A DNA stretch of 64,000 bases from a virus: the IMG/VR virus record IMGVR_UViG_3300045988_103857; one strand, given 5' to 3'. Positions 32,190-43,000 of the stretch are shown piece by piece (within the stretch, counting starts at the first letter, position 1; each line of letters starts with the position of its first letter). A program made the position numbers and the translations under genes. Below the pieces are notes generated by a model, which saw nothing but the letters and a program-made list of their open reading frames with translations, ran no database searches and was not told where the DNA came from.

Positions 32190-35100
32190 ATGCCTGACAA
32201 CACAATAGATAGCCTTGCGATAGAGGTCAGCAGTAACGTATCAAATGCAAGTAAATCCATTGATGATTTATGCAATAAACTGAATCGCCTGAGCAGTCGT
32301 ATGTCTGAGAGCATCAAGTATCTCAGAGACTTTTCAGCTTCCGTCGGTACGGTCAACTCTGCTGTTCAAGCACTTAAATTGGACAGGCTTGATTTATCAA
32401 CGATAAACAGTCAATTGCAACAGTTTACGCAGTCCATGAGTGCGCTCGGTAGCCTGAACTTGAGAAACAACGGATTAAACTCATTCGTAAATGCAATCCG
32501 CAGATTGAACGAAACATTAAATTCCACAGGTGATGTGTCTGGAAAGATTCAGAGCATGATTTCTGAGCTATCCACGCTTGGCAGTATTCCAGACGTATCA
32601 AACAACGTGAACCGGTTTATTTCTTCGTTGGCAAGATTGGCGAATGCAGGCAGCTCTATTGATGCAGTTACATCAAAACTTCCAAATCTTGGTGAAGAAC
32701 TTAGAAAAATCATAGTTTCATTCTCTGGAATAGGTAATATTTCTCAGCCAATTAATACATTTGTTCAGTCAATATCTCAGTTGGCAAATGCAGGAGATAA
32801 AACCGGAAAGACAGCAACTCAGCTTAATGATCTGGCAAATAGCCTAAAATCATTCTTCCAGACGATGAGTACCGCTCCTAGAATCAGTAGCAGTACAATT
32901 CAAATGACTCAGGCTGTTGCTCAGTTGGCAAATTCTGGGGCGAATGCCGGTAGAGCGGCAAGGTCTACTGCAAGTGCATTTTCAGGATTGGGACAGGGTG
33001 CGGCCACTTCGACAGGAAAGGTCAGAAAACTTGCAAACGCCGTTGGAAGTGTAGGAAGCAAGGCAAAGAAAAGTTTGCCTAGCATCATGTCTCTGGTGGC
33101 AAAATTCTGGACGTTGAAATTTGTTGTTGGAAAATTTGGAAGCGCAATTGAAAGTTCCATGAATTTTCTCGAAGATTACAACTACTTTCAAGCGGCGTTT
33201 CGTCAGGTAGCAGATAAAGCAGGAGAAACTTGGTCAGAGGCAGGCTATGATTCTGCGGAAGCTTATGCAAATTCATTTAGTAATAGAGCTAGAGAACTTA
33301 CATCCAAAATGTCTGGGTTCAATGTTTCCGATAATGCGATTTTGACCGCAAATAAATCAGGTAAATCACTCGGTATGGACCCGTCCATGCTCTTGAATTA
33401 TCAAGGCCAGTTTGCACAGTTGTCGTCCTCCATGGGAACAACTTCTGAACAGGCATTAAAACTGTCGAATGCACTGACTATGATCGGTGCTGACCTTGCA
33501 TCTGTTAAGAATCTTGATTTTAGCACAGTTTATGAGAACTTATCCTCTGGATTAGTAGGTATGAGCCGTGCTGTAGACAAATATGGTGCAAACATTCGTG
33601 TGGCAAACTTACAGCAATATGCGGCAAATCTTGGTATACAAACGTCTGTTTCTAATATGGACCAGGCAAGTAAGGCAATGCTGAGAACGATAGTAATACT
33701 GGATTCCACCCGGTACGCATGGGCGGATATGGCAAATACGATAAATATGCCAGCCAACCAGTTACGTATACTTCGTGCAAACTTAGTATCCTGTGCCAGA
33801 GCATTAGGTAACATCTTTATGCCTGTAGTTGCGGCAGTGCTTCCATACATCAATGGTCTTGTGATCGCATTCCAGAGACTTTTGACATACATTGGTTCGC
33901 TTCTTGGAGTTGATACCAAAATCGGAAAAATGTTCGGTTCTATCGGTGGTGGAAGTGAAAATCTCTCGAATGCACTTGATTCCATAGACGATTCTGGAAT
34001 TTCGGACGTAAATGATGCTACAAAAGATACAGACAATAATCTGAAAAATGCAACCAAGAGCGCAAAAAAATTAAAACAGTTCCTCGCATCCTATGATGAA
34101 CTTGAAATTATGAGCAAAGACGATAGTTCTCTGTCAGACCTTGCAAATTCTAAAATTAAAACGCCAAAAATTGACACATCTGCAATTGATGCAGGAATCC
34201 TCAACGATGCACTGGATAAACTTTTGAACGAATACCAGAAGAAATGGGATGCTGCCTACAACTCCATGGAAAACAAGGCTATGGCGTTCGCTAATAAGGT
34301 CACAGACACATTTAAGAAACTTGCAAAAGCCGCAGAACCTACCACAAAAGCACTGAAAAATCTTTGGAACAATGGATTGAAGCAGCTCAGAGATTTCACA
34401 TGGACAGCATTAAAAGATTTCTGGAATCATTTTTTAGTTCCGCTTGGCAAGTGGACGCTTGGGGAAAAAGGATTACCACGACTAATCAATGCTTTTAACG
34501 ATTTTCTTGTGAAAATCAACTGGGACAAAATCAATGCTTCCCTTGTACAGTTATGGGGTGTATTAGAGCCATTTGCTGAGAATGTCGGAACTGGCTTACT
34601 TGATTTCTTCGATGATTTCTTTGACAAGGCGGCAGATGGAGTTAATAAACTTCCTGATCTGATTGACAGGTTCAAAGAGTTTATCGCAGCATTCTCACCG
34701 AAGCAAGCACAGTCTATCGGATATTTCCTCGGACAGCTCCTGACAGCTTTTGTAGCATTTAAAGGGCTTACATGGTTTGGAAGTATTTTCGGTAAAGATG
34801 GAGCGATAGGCAAAGGAATCACCATGTTAGCAACGCATCCATATGCTTCGATAGCGGTAGGATTAGGCCTTACCGTTGCTGCACTTGATAAATTTGGAGT
34901 AATTGATGTTGATTGGGACGGGTTATGGACAAGAATCGGGAATCTCAAAGACGTAATTGTGAATTTCATCAAAAACATTGATTGGGATTCGTTAATAAAA
35001 ACAATCGGCGATGTATGGGATGTATTCCAGCCATTTGCTGAAGGATTCGCAGATGGATTTATCAGCTTTTTCGATATAATGCTGAACGATATTGGTGCCC

Positions 35101-37166
35101 CACTGATTAATACATTAGTAAGCGTCTTAGATGCTTTCGCAAAAGCCTTAGGAAAGCTTGACGATAAGCAGATAGAAGCTCTTGGCGAAGCTCTAGCACG
35201 GTTTTTTATTATAAGGGGAAGCATTAAGTTTGCCCGAAATATATACAATGTAGTCAGTTCTATCAGCGCACTCAGAACAATCTTCGGTGGGTTAGGAACG
35301 GTTCTTTCCACAGCCAGTGGTGCATTGCAGACATTCTTTGGCTCTGGACTTGGTTCTACGCTTGCGGCAGGATTCGCAGACAGCATGGTTGTCTTAGGAA
35401 CTGCAATGGCAGGTTTCAACCTCGGAAAGTGGATAAGTGTTAATCTGTTCGGCGGCGAAGATAAAACTTTTGGAGAGTTTTTGGAAGATAATGTATTCGG
35501 ATATCAAAAAGGAGATTTTACCGGTGCTATCAACGAATGGATGAAAGATATATTCGGAGTCGGTAATAAACTTACAGAGGATGATTTAAAGGTATTTCAG
35601 GAATATGAAGATGCTATTCTAGGTTTGGTTCACGCAAGCCAGATTTCAGGCGAACAAGCATATCCTTTATTAACATTCCTTTCCGAATTGAAAGATAACG
35701 GATATAGCACAGAACAGGCGTTGTTTGAACTTGAACTCAAACTCAATAATCTTGGAGTTTCATCAGAGGACTTCGAGAATGCGATAGCAGGAGTAAACAA
35801 ACCAGTCAAAGACCTTGGAGATACAGCGGAAACATCCTCTAATCAGTTTTCAAATATGGCTGATCGGATTAACAATGTGTCGTTTGAGGATATCTCAGAA
35901 CAGCTTACAGGATTCCAGACGCTTATCCAGACCGTTGACTTTGCAACTCTGGTAACAGATACGGCAAACGCAATTGATGAGATGGGCGGCATCTGGGAAA
36001 ATGGAAAACAGATTCTCGGAGAAAAAGCATTACAGATTTATCAGGAAATTTCAAAGGGATTAGAACCGGATGATAACGGCTACTATACTTTAGCAAACGG
36101 ACAGATGGTGCAGTTTGGAAAAGGTATTTCTGATTATGAAAGCACTCTACAAAGTACAATGGATTCAACTTTACAGGGGGCAATCAACGGCGTTCTGGAT
36201 AACAATTCTGGTTTTGAATTAGTCACAGAACTCGGAAAGAATCAGATTCTTGCCGTAGGTAGTGGGATTGAGCAAAACGGCAGTAAAGTCACTGAAAAGC
36301 TTAACTCAACAATTCAATCATCTGCGAAAGGTGCAGAAGAAACTGCGAAATCAAGCGGCAAAACCCTTGGAAGCAACATTGCAGAGGGATTACAGACTGG
36401 AATTAACGGGAAGAAAGAAAGCACAAAGACTTCGATTCTTGATCTAATGAATAACAGCGTAAAAGCCCCTGCACAGGAAGCAGTAGACTCCCATTCTCCG
36501 TCCAGATGGTTCAAGCAGCTTGCAGAGTACTGCGGTCAAGGATTCCGAAACGGATTAGAGCCGGGCTTTTCTGCGTCGTTCACATGGTTCGGAAGAATCC
36601 GAAGCAGAATCAGCAATTCCATTGGAAACCTGTATAATATCGGTTGGAACTCTATTATTGGCTTAAATAATGGAATTGTAGGCGCGGCACAACAGCTTTA
36701 TGCAAATGTGCAAAAAATCGCACAAAATATATCAAATACGTTCCGCAAAGTTCTTAAGATTCATAGCCCGTCGCAGGTAATGATGGAACTCGGTGGATTT
36801 ACCGTTGAGGGATTCCAACTCGGTATGCAGAATATGCTTCCGAAAGTTGAATCCACCATCAATGATATAAGCGCCGAAGTGCAAAAAATTAATACACCAA
36901 CCGCAGACATTATCACAAAGAGTGCATCCTATCAGGAAATAAAGAGCAGAATGTCAGTTGATACAGATGATTTTGTGGATGATATGCGAAAAGAAATCAT
37001 GGCAATCAGCAGTAACACGTTTGACAATAATCAGATGATCGGGCAGGCGGTCAAAAACGCTCTGAACGGTATGGCAATATATGCAGACGGGCATCTGATT
37101 GGGTATCTGAAAGAAGAAAATCAGCAGTTCAGAAACCGTAATGGCTACGGACTGTTTGAAGGGTAG
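32190..37166 (+). CDS. tail tape measure protein
   Basis: 1658 aa. Helical and hydrophobic repeats. Position after the G/GT chaperones. Confidence 0.9.
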   Translation: MPDNTIDSLAIEVSSNVSNASKSIDDLCNKLNRLSSRMSESIKYLRDFSASVGTVNSAVQALKLDRLDLSTINSQLQQFTQSMSALGSLNLRNNGLNSFVNAIRRLNETLNSTGDVSGKIQSMISELSTLGSIPDVSNNVNRFISSLARLANAGSSIDAVTSKLPNLGEELRKIIVSFSGIGNISQPINTFVQSISQLANAGDKTGKTATQLNDLANSLKSFFQTMSTAPRISSSTIQMTQAVAQLANSGANAGRAARSTASAFSGLGQGAATSTGKVRKLANAVGSVGSKAKKSLPSIMSLVAKFWTLKFVVGKFGSAIESSMNFLEDYNYFQAAFRQVADKAGETWSEAGYDSAEAYANSFSNRARELTSKMSGFNVSDNAILTANKSGKSLGMDPSMLLNYQGQFAQLSSSMGTTSEQALKLSNALTMIGADLASVKNLDFSTVYENLSSGLVGMSRAVDKYGANIRVANLQQYAANLGIQTSVSNMDQASKAMLRTIVILDSTRYAWADMANTINMPANQLRILRANLVSCARALGNIFMPVVAAVLPYINGLVIAFQRLLTYIGSLLGVDTKIGKMFGSIGGGSENLSNALDSIDDSGISDVNDATKDTDNNLKNATKSAKKLKQFLASYDELEIMSKDDSSLSDLANSKIKTPKIDTSAIDAGILNDALDKLLNEYQKKWDAAYNSMENKAMAFANKVTDTFKKLAKAAEPTTKALKNLWNNGLKQLRDFTWTALKDFWNHFLVPLGKWTLGEKGLPRLINAFNDFLVKINWDKINASLVQLWGVLEPFAENVGTGLLDFFDDFFDKAADGVNKLPDLIDRFKEFIAAFSPKQAQSIGYFLGQLLTAFVAFKGLTWFGSIFGKDGAIGKGITMLATHPYASIAVGLGLTVAALDKFGVIDVDWDGLWTRIGNLKDVIVNFIKNIDWDSLIKTIGDVWDVFQPFAEGFADGFISFFDIMLNDIGAPLINTLVSVLDAFAKALGKLDDKQIEALGEALARFFIIRGSIKFARNIYNVVSSISALRTIFGGLGTVLSTASGALQTFFGSGLGSTLAAGFADSMVVLGTAMAGFNLGKWISVNLFGGEDKTFGEFLEDNVFGYQKGDFTGAINEWMKDIFGVGNKLTEDDLKVFQEYEDAILGLVHASQISGEQAYPLLTFLSELKDNGYSTEQALFELELKLNNLGVSSEDFENAIAGVNKPVKDLGDTAETSSNQFSNMADRINNVSFEDISEQLTGFQTLIQTVDFATLVTDTANAIDEMGGIWENGKQILGEKALQIYQEISKGLEPDDNGYYTLANGQMVQFGKGISDYESTLQSTMDSTLQGAINGVLDNNSGFELVTELGKNQILAVGSGIEQNGSKVTEKLNSTIQSSAKGAEETAKSSGKTLGSNIAEGLQTGINGKKESTKTSILDLMNNSVKAPAQEAVDSHSPSRWFKQLAEYCGQGFRNGLEPGFSASFTWFGRIRSRISNSIGNLYNIGWNSIIGLNNGIVGAAQQLYANVQKIAQNISNTFRKVLKIHSPSQVMMELGGFTVEGFQLGMQNMLPKVESTINDISAEVQKINTPTADIITKSASYQEIKSRMSVDTDDFVDDMRKEIMAISSNTFDNNQMIGQAVKNALNGMAIYADGHLIGYLKEENQQFRNRNGYGLFEG

Positions 37167-37174
37167 GTGATAGA

Positions 37175-37600
37175 ATGAGTGACTTTATTGCAGGAAGTAG
37201 TTTCCAAGGTTATTTTTTAAAGTTCGGGGGAAGCGTTCTCCCGAACAAATTCTTAGCCTACGATGATTATTCTGCAACTCCAAACCAGAGAACAGAGATA
37301 GAAGCATACAGGGACTTGAATAATCTCTTGCATAGGGACACAAGCCCGAATTTCAAGACAAAAATAGACTTCAACACGCGCCCTATGTGGTTGCCAGATA
37401 AAATTAAAATGCAGTCTGTTTTCAAATCAGGCTTAGTCAACAAGGCGCAGCGGAAATACAAAGTTACATACTGGGACGATGAAGAAAACACCTATAAAAC
37501 AGGTGTTTTTTATATGCCTGATATTGAGTATAAACCTATCAGAGTTGTAGGAAATAACATTTTGTATAACAAAATCAGAATCGCACTGATTGAATACTAA
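37175..37600 (+). CDS. distal tail protein-like (short)
   Basis: Lies immediately after the tape measure. 141 aa, shorter than a typical Dit. Confidence 0.4.
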   Translation: MSDFIAGSSFQGYFLKFGGSVLPNKFLAYDDYSATPNQRTEIEAYRDLNNLLHRDTSPNFKTKIDFNTRPMWLPDKIKMQSVFKSGLVNKAQRKYKVTYWDDEENTYKTGVFYMPDIEYKPIRVVGNNILYNKIRIALIEY

Positions 37601-37663
37601 CAACCAGAGTGCATGGGTGTCACAGCTCATGTGCTCTTTTATTTTATAGACGGGAGGAAAACT

Positions 37664-40600
37664 ATGGCTACACCTGTAAGCATTGTGGCAAAAAGTTACT
37701 CTAATACATGCTATTTTGTTGGAGATACAAGCAATGTAAGAGTAAAAAGTATAAAAGTAACTTATGATGATGAAACAGTAGAAACAATAACAGATGGCTA
37801 TACGGTATCTCAAATAGACACATCTGAAGCGGGAGAAAAAAAAGCAAAGGTCGAATATTTGGGATTAACCGCAGAAATTTCCGTTATAGTATTGGATTCA
37901 TATAATGTTCAGGCAGGTACTCCAAATTTAGAAGATGTAACAATTACACTTAATCTTGACACAGGGATTATGAATATATCGGGCATAGGAGAATTTTTAA
38001 GTTTATATAATATTGATAATACCCCAAATTCAATAAGTTCTCGTATAAAATCATTAAATATCGGATACGGCATTACTAAAATCCCGAGCGGATGCTTTAG
38101 CGGAAATGAAAATCTCGAAGAAATTTTATTTCCAGACACTTTAGTTGAAATTGAAGGAGGAAATTTTTATAATTCTCCTAAAATAAACAAACTTACATTT
38201 CCAGAATCTCTAAAGAGAATAAATGGTGGATGTTTTGGATCACTTCCCAGTTTGGAAACAATAATATTTAACGAGGGACTTGAAACGATAGATGGCGGAT
38301 CGTTTATTGGGTGCCCATTGATTACGGATTTAATTCTTCCGTCTACATTAAAAAATATGCCATATAGTTTTCAAGGAAATACTCTTGAAAATTTGGTAAT
38401 AGGTGGAGAAGGCGCGCCTTTTCTGCATAGTGGTGAGAATGGAATAATTGGCATTTCTGCAAAAAATATGACCATTCGCGGAGGCACAATAGGCATTAGC
38501 GCATTTTATGGAAAAACAGACATAGAGACTGTTACTTTAAATGGAGGGGTAAAGTTTGATAGCACTGGTCAATTTCAAGGATGTTCTAATTTATCAAATA
38601 TAACTATAGACAATGGAGTCGCAAATATTCCGGCAAATTGTTTTTCTAATTGCGCTATTGAAAACGTTATTCTTCCTGACAGTGTTTTAGAATTAGGGCA
38701 AAATTCTTTTTCTGGATGCACATCTTTAAAGAATATAACATTATCTAAAAATATAAAAAAGATTCCAAATAGTTGTTTTAGCGGTTGCGGATTTGAGACT
38801 TTTACAATTTCTGATGATTTGGAAATTGAAGAACTTGAAAATGTTGTATTTCAGGGATGCTCCAATTTAAAAATGGTGTATATCGGGAAGAATGTAAAAA
38901 CAATCGGACCGGGTTGCTTTGCTTCTATTGGCTCCCCTTCGACTATAATTCAAATTAATCAGAAAAAAGATGCTATTTCTGGTTCTCCATGGGCGGCTTC
39001 AAATGCGACGGTGGAATGGATAGCCAAGGAAGTTGTTAAAATAGAATTGACATCATTACCAGATAAATTGAAATACAAAGATGGAGAATCTTTTGATAGC
39101 TCTGGCTTAATTGTGACAGTAACTTATGATGACGGAACAGTGCAGGAAACGACAAATTATACGCTTTCTTTGCCGGATATGTCAACTGCCGGAACTAAGA
39201 CTGTTACTGTAACATGTGGTAGTCAGACAGCTACATTTGATATAACGGTTATTTCTATATCTAAAATCGAAGTCACCACACCGCCAACCAAACTAGAATA
39301 TCACAAAGGTGATGCCTTAGACACAACCGGAATGGTAATTTCTGCAGTCTGGACAGACGGCTCAAAAGAGGTTCTGACAGATGGATATACGGTGTCAGAC
39401 TTAGACAGCACTGAAACAGGCGAAAAAACTATCACGATCACATATCAGACATTCACAGCAACATTCACTGTAGAAGTCGTGGCAGATACTACCGGAATCC
39501 GAATCACAAGTTTTCCGTCCAAGGTCTACTATAAAATCGGAGAAGCATTCGACCCGTCTGGGCTGACTGTCGCAGAAGTAAGACAGGATGGAACCGAGAA
39601 AGAAATCACAGATTATGATATTTCTGGCTTCGATAGTTCCACCGCAGGTTCCAAGACTATCACGGTTTCTTATAATACAACAACCAACGGTGTTTCCAAA
39701 TTTGTCGGTTCTGATAGCTTTCAAATTAAAGTCACAAACGATGGAAAAAACCCATTTGACGACAGTTCAAGTGGTGACTCTGGCGGTGGTTCTGGTGAAA
39801 TCGAAGAAGAAAAAACCGAGCCAATAAATGTAACAGTACACTGGATTAACGGTGAATTTGCTGACCTTACAAATGAAAATATCGACCAGAATACACTTAC
39901 TTTGCAGGAGTCTATTTGTTCTGAAAGCTATTTCATTTTCGGCGGTTGCGTCTGCAATCAGATAACATTTCAGGCTCATCACGATCAGTTCAATGGTACT
40001 TCGGAAGAATTTTATCCCTCTGGAAAAATCGAAGTCTACATTGAGCGAAAAAAAACAAAAATCAAAATTTTCACAGGTGAAATCGACAGTGCAGAGCGGA
40101 AAGCAAATTCCCTGACGCGTAATTTTATTGCATATGATTATCTGTATAAATTACGAAATACTGACATTGCAAGGTGGTATAAGAACCAGACGACTGATAA
40201 GAAGAAAAAGCTGACCCAAAAGCAATTCAGAGATAAATTATTTGAGTTTTTAGGGCTTGAACAAGTCAGTACAAAGTTACATTGGGACGACACCTATGTC
40301 CCTGATACAAATAACTCAAATGAAATGAACGTAGTAAATATTCTGAAAGATTTATGCTTGCAGAATGACCGTTTTGGATGGATGAACAGGGATGGCAAGT
40401 TTGAGTATCTGAAACTTCGCCAGAACAGTTACAGATACGGGCAGACCACCGGTAATCAGAACATTTATAAATACTACAACAACGAAGAAATTCACCTCGA
40501 TACATTTAAAAGTTTTACCGCAAAAGAGGGCAGAATCTGGTTCCCAAATATTATATTTTGTGACCCTGACCCGAATAGAGCCTTTGGCTTTACACAAGGC

Positions 40601-41299
40601 GACTATACAGCGCAAGAAGCGTATGATAACAACGTTTATTACAATAGAAATAGCTTCTTTGTAGGAAATGAAGACTGGCTGAATTACGTTTGGAACGCTG
40701 ACGAATATGGCGGTATTTCAAGGTCTGAACCAATTATGAAGATTTGCTATGGCGTATTCGTAAATCAAGATTTGCGGAAATATTATCGTGCGCAGGGATA
40801 TACCGCCGAGGTTCAGGGAAACCCACTGAACATGGTTGGACAGGCAGTCGAACTCTACTATAAAAAGCAGATTCAGCACGACAATCAGGAGCCTACAGAA
40901 CTGCAATGGTACGTTCATTCATACATCATGAGCAGGACACTCAAAATCGGCGCTACAGACATGATTGACACCTATTCTGCCAATAATGCACCGTTCAACA
41001 GCAATAGCCGACAACTTGGAAAAGACACGCCTGAGATATCCGCAACCGTCAACCGCACCCGATCAGAAATGCCGACAATCAGCTATGCGGAATTTACGGA
41101 CGGTTCGGATTCTGAATTTTCACCGGCAATGATTTACGATTTTACGGATGGTTCTGGCGGTTCTGGAAGCGCTTCTGAGCAATTAAAAAAGGCACAATTA
41201 AGGTGTGTAAAGCGAATAAAAAAAGCTGATTACGACGCTCTTGTAGCCGCAGGAACTGACCGAGCAGATACATTGTATTTCACATTTGAGGAGAAATGA
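37664..41299 (+). CDS. large tail-tip protein with Ig-like repeats, a BspA-type leucine-rich-repeat block and a C-terminal tail-associated domain
   Basis: Repeated ..DGYTVS(Q/D)(I/L)D(T/S)(S/T)E(A/T)GEK.. Ig-like units. The LRR_5-like stretch (IPSGCFSGNENLEEILFPDTLVEIEGGNFY..) repeats about 10 times. The C-terminal ~450 aa are typical of siphovirus tail-tip proteins. Confidence 0.7.
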   Translation: MATPVSIVAKSYSNTCYFVGDTSNVRVKSIKVTYDDETVETITDGYTVSQIDTSEAGEKKAKVEYLGLTAEISVIVLDSYNVQAGTPNLEDVTITLNLDTGIMNISGIGEFLSLYNIDNTPNSISSRIKSLNIGYGITKIPSGCFSGNENLEEILFPDTLVEIEGGNFYNSPKINKLTFPESLKRINGGCFGSLPSLETIIFNEGLETIDGGSFIGCPLITDLILPSTLKNMPYSFQGNTLENLVIGGEGAPFLHSGENGIIGISAKNMTIRGGTIGISAFYGKTDIETVTLNGGVKFDSTGQFQGCSNLSNITIDNGVANIPANCFSNCAIENVILPDSVLELGQNSFSGCTSLKNITLSKNIKKIPNSCFSGCGFETFTISDDLEIEELENVVFQGCSNLKMVYIGKNVKTIGPGCFASIGSPSTIIQINQKKDAISGSPWAASNATVEWIAKEVVKIELTSLPDKLKYKDGESFDSSGLIVTVTYDDGTVQETTNYTLSLPDMSTAGTKTVTVTCGSQTATFDITVISISKIEVTTPPTKLEYHKGDALDTTGMVISAVWTDGSKEVLTDGYTVSDLDSTETGEKTITITYQTFTATFTVEVVADTTGIRITSFPSKVYYKIGEAFDPSGLTVAEVRQDGTEKEITDYDISGFDSSTAGSKTITVSYNTTTNGVSKFVGSDSFQIKVTNDGKNPFDDSSSGDSGGGSGEIEEEKTEPINVTVHWINGEFADLTNENIDQNTLTLQESICSESYFIFGGCVCNQITFQAHHDQFNGTSEEFYPSGKIEVYIERKKTKIKIFTGEIDSAERKANSLTRNFIAYDYLYKLRNTDIARWYKNQTTDKKKKLTQKQFRDKLFEFLGLEQVSTKLHWDDTYVPDTNNSNEMNVVNILKDLCLQNDRFGWMNRDGKFEYLKLRQNSYRYGQTTGNQNIYKYYNNEEIHLDTFKSFTAKEGRIWFPNIIFCDPDPNRAFGFTQGDYTAQEAYDNNVYYNRNSFFVGNEDWLNYVWNADEYGGISRSEPIMKICYGVFVNQDLRKYYRAQGYTAEVQGNPLNMVGQAVELYYKKQIQHDNQEPTELQWYVHSYIMSRTLKIGATDMIDTYSANNAPFNSNSRQLGKDTPEISATVNRTRSEMPTISYAEFTDGSDSEFSPAMIYDFTDGSGGSGSASEQLKKAQLRCVKRIKKADYDALVAAGTDRADTLYFTFEEK

Positions 41300-41303
41300 T
41301 AGG

Positions 41304-42287
41304 ATGATATATAAGGCATTTTTGAACAGACAGGAAATCACTGGGTTTCCTGTCAAAGGCAAGGAAACGAGTGAGATATGGGGTGGCGATACATTGTTGT
41401 GGAAGAAATCGGGAGCTCAGGATTATTTCAAATTTGAATATGAGGGCACGATTATTTTTGGAATTAAAGGGACAAACATTTCTATTGATTGGGGCGACGG
41501 CAAGAAAGAAACATTTTCCAATGAATATGAAAATGCCAAATTAAGCAACAAAGATAATTACATTACCCATATTCCTATAAGTGACGGTAGACATATAACA
41601 GAGATATACGGAACAAACTTAGAGGTTCAGTTTGGATATAACTGGATTAGCACTACCTTTGGAGCATTAGCACTTACAAAAGTTTTGTCCCCACTTCCTA
41701 GAAGCTCAAGTAAACTCTTAGCGTATAAGTTTTATGAATGCGAAAATCTCGAAAGCGTTCCAGAAGATTTATTTAAAAATTGTGGAGACGCGACAGGCGC
41801 TCTTCAAACTTTTATGGATACGCCTAAGTTGAAAACCATATCTGAAAAATTGTTTGATTATACTCCTAAATTACAAACTGCAACATGGACTTTTAGAGAA
41901 TCAGGAATAGAAATAATTCCGGGAAAACTTTTTTCAAAGTGTGAAGAACTGAATGGCGCGACATCTTGTTTTGAAGATTGTACTGGCTTAAAAACAGCAG
42001 GCGACGGTTTTTTGTCAAAGCAGAAAATGATTGTTATGCACGGAATTTTCACAGGATGTTCAAGCCTAACTAAAGTGGGAGAAGATTTCTTCAAGAATGC
42101 CGATCCCCTTTCAAGTGAAAATGCATGGGGATTTAACAGTGTTTTTTCTGGATGCACTGAGCTGACTCAGGCTCCTAATTTCTATGCAAAATTTCCTACA
42201 TTAACTAACACACAAAGGACTGGTCGATGCTATTACAAATGCGAAAAATTGCCGTTTTATTCATCTCTTCCTGATAGATGGAAATAA
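41304..42287 (+). CDS. LRR-like repeat protein (putative receptor-binding accessory)
   Basis: Repeats of F..C..L..(I/V)(P/S)..LF resemble BspA-type LRRs. It is the last gene of the tail operon. Confidence 0.5.
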   Translation: MIYKAFLNRQEITGFPVKGKETSEIWGGDTLLWKKSGAQDYFKFEYEGTIIFGIKGTNISIDWGDGKKETFSNEYENAKLSNKDNYITHIPISDGRHITEIYGTNLEVQFGYNWISTTFGALALTKVLSPLPRSSSKLLAYKFYECENLESVPEDLFKNCGDATGALQTFMDTPKLKTISEKLFDYTPKLQTATWTFRESGIEIIPGKLFSKCEELNGATSCFEDCTGLKTAGDGFLSKQKMIVMHGIFTGCSSLTKVGEDFFKNADPLSSENAWGFNSVFSGCTELTQAPNFYAKFPTLTNTQRTGRCYYKCEKLPFYSSLPDRWK

Positions 42288-42691
42288 CTAAAATCATTGA
42301 GTTTTCACCCCAAATATGCTGTAATAAACCCATAAAAATTCGCATCTGATTCTTAAAAGAATTCGGAGTCGAGCGGAACGAGTCAATCTGAAATGGACTC
42401 AATCCCTCGGCTCTTTTTGCTTATTTAGATATTAATTTCAGCAAATAAGAAGCTTAAAATTGCAAATAAGAGCATGATTTTTCGAAAATATGAAATAAGC
42501 CCTTATTCGCCAAAATAATCTCAAAATCTCAGTCCCGAACGTACTAAAATGTAACTATATTAAAAATAAAAAATGAATAATTTGTAAACGTAAATTTTAC
42601 TTGTTTTCAGAATAAATCAATCATCTGAGAAAATAATAAAATCCAGAAATAAATATTCTGTCAAAGAGCAATTTTCGTTTACATAATATCT

Positions 42692-42735
42692 CAATGTAAC
42701 GTTACAATAACGTTACCAGTAACGCAATGTAACGC
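42692..42735. repeat. cluster of GTAACG motifs (four copies, including the palindrome GTAACGTTAC and the direct repeat CAATGTAACG x2)
   Basis: Read directly: 42696-42705, 42711-42716 (inverted), 42719-42724 and 42728-42733. Confidence 0.7.
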
Positions 42736-42738
42736 GAT

Positions 42739-42768
42739 AGAATAAGAATAAGAAATAGAATAAGAATA
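42739..42768. repeat. tandem hexamer array AGAATA x5 (one unit is AGAAAT)
   Basis: agaata agaata agaaat agaata agaata, read directly. Confidence 0.8.
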
Positions 42769-42771
42769 TAA

Positions 42772-42798
42772 TTAATATATATACGAGATATATATTAA
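42772..42798. repeat. 27-bp AT palindrome TTAATATATAT-ACGAG-ATATATATTAA
   Basis: The 11-bp arms are perfectly complementary. Confidence 0.8.
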
Positions 42799-43000
42799 TC
42801 GTCGAATAAGCACTATTCGACCCTGACATTCTTAACTCGTTTCAGCCCAAGGCAAACCATTTTTATTAGCAACCTTGTATTTGACTCATATAGCGATTTT
42901 ATGTGCGATTCGATAAAATCCTAGAATAACATATAAAAATTGATTTTAGTGGCAAATACGGAGCTTACAAGGCATATTTAACAGAAAGGAGCAACGCGAT

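Noticed and set aside
34427-35419. 330-aa minus-strand ORF, with others at 33530-34057 and 32921-33276
   Set aside because: They lie entirely inside the tape measure gene on the opposite strand. These are shadow ORFs of a long gene with biased codon use.
42739-42768. A CRISPR array or spacer-repeat structure
   Set aside because: These are only 6-bp tandem units with no spacers. No CRISPR-like repeat-spacer periodicity occurs anywhere in the window.
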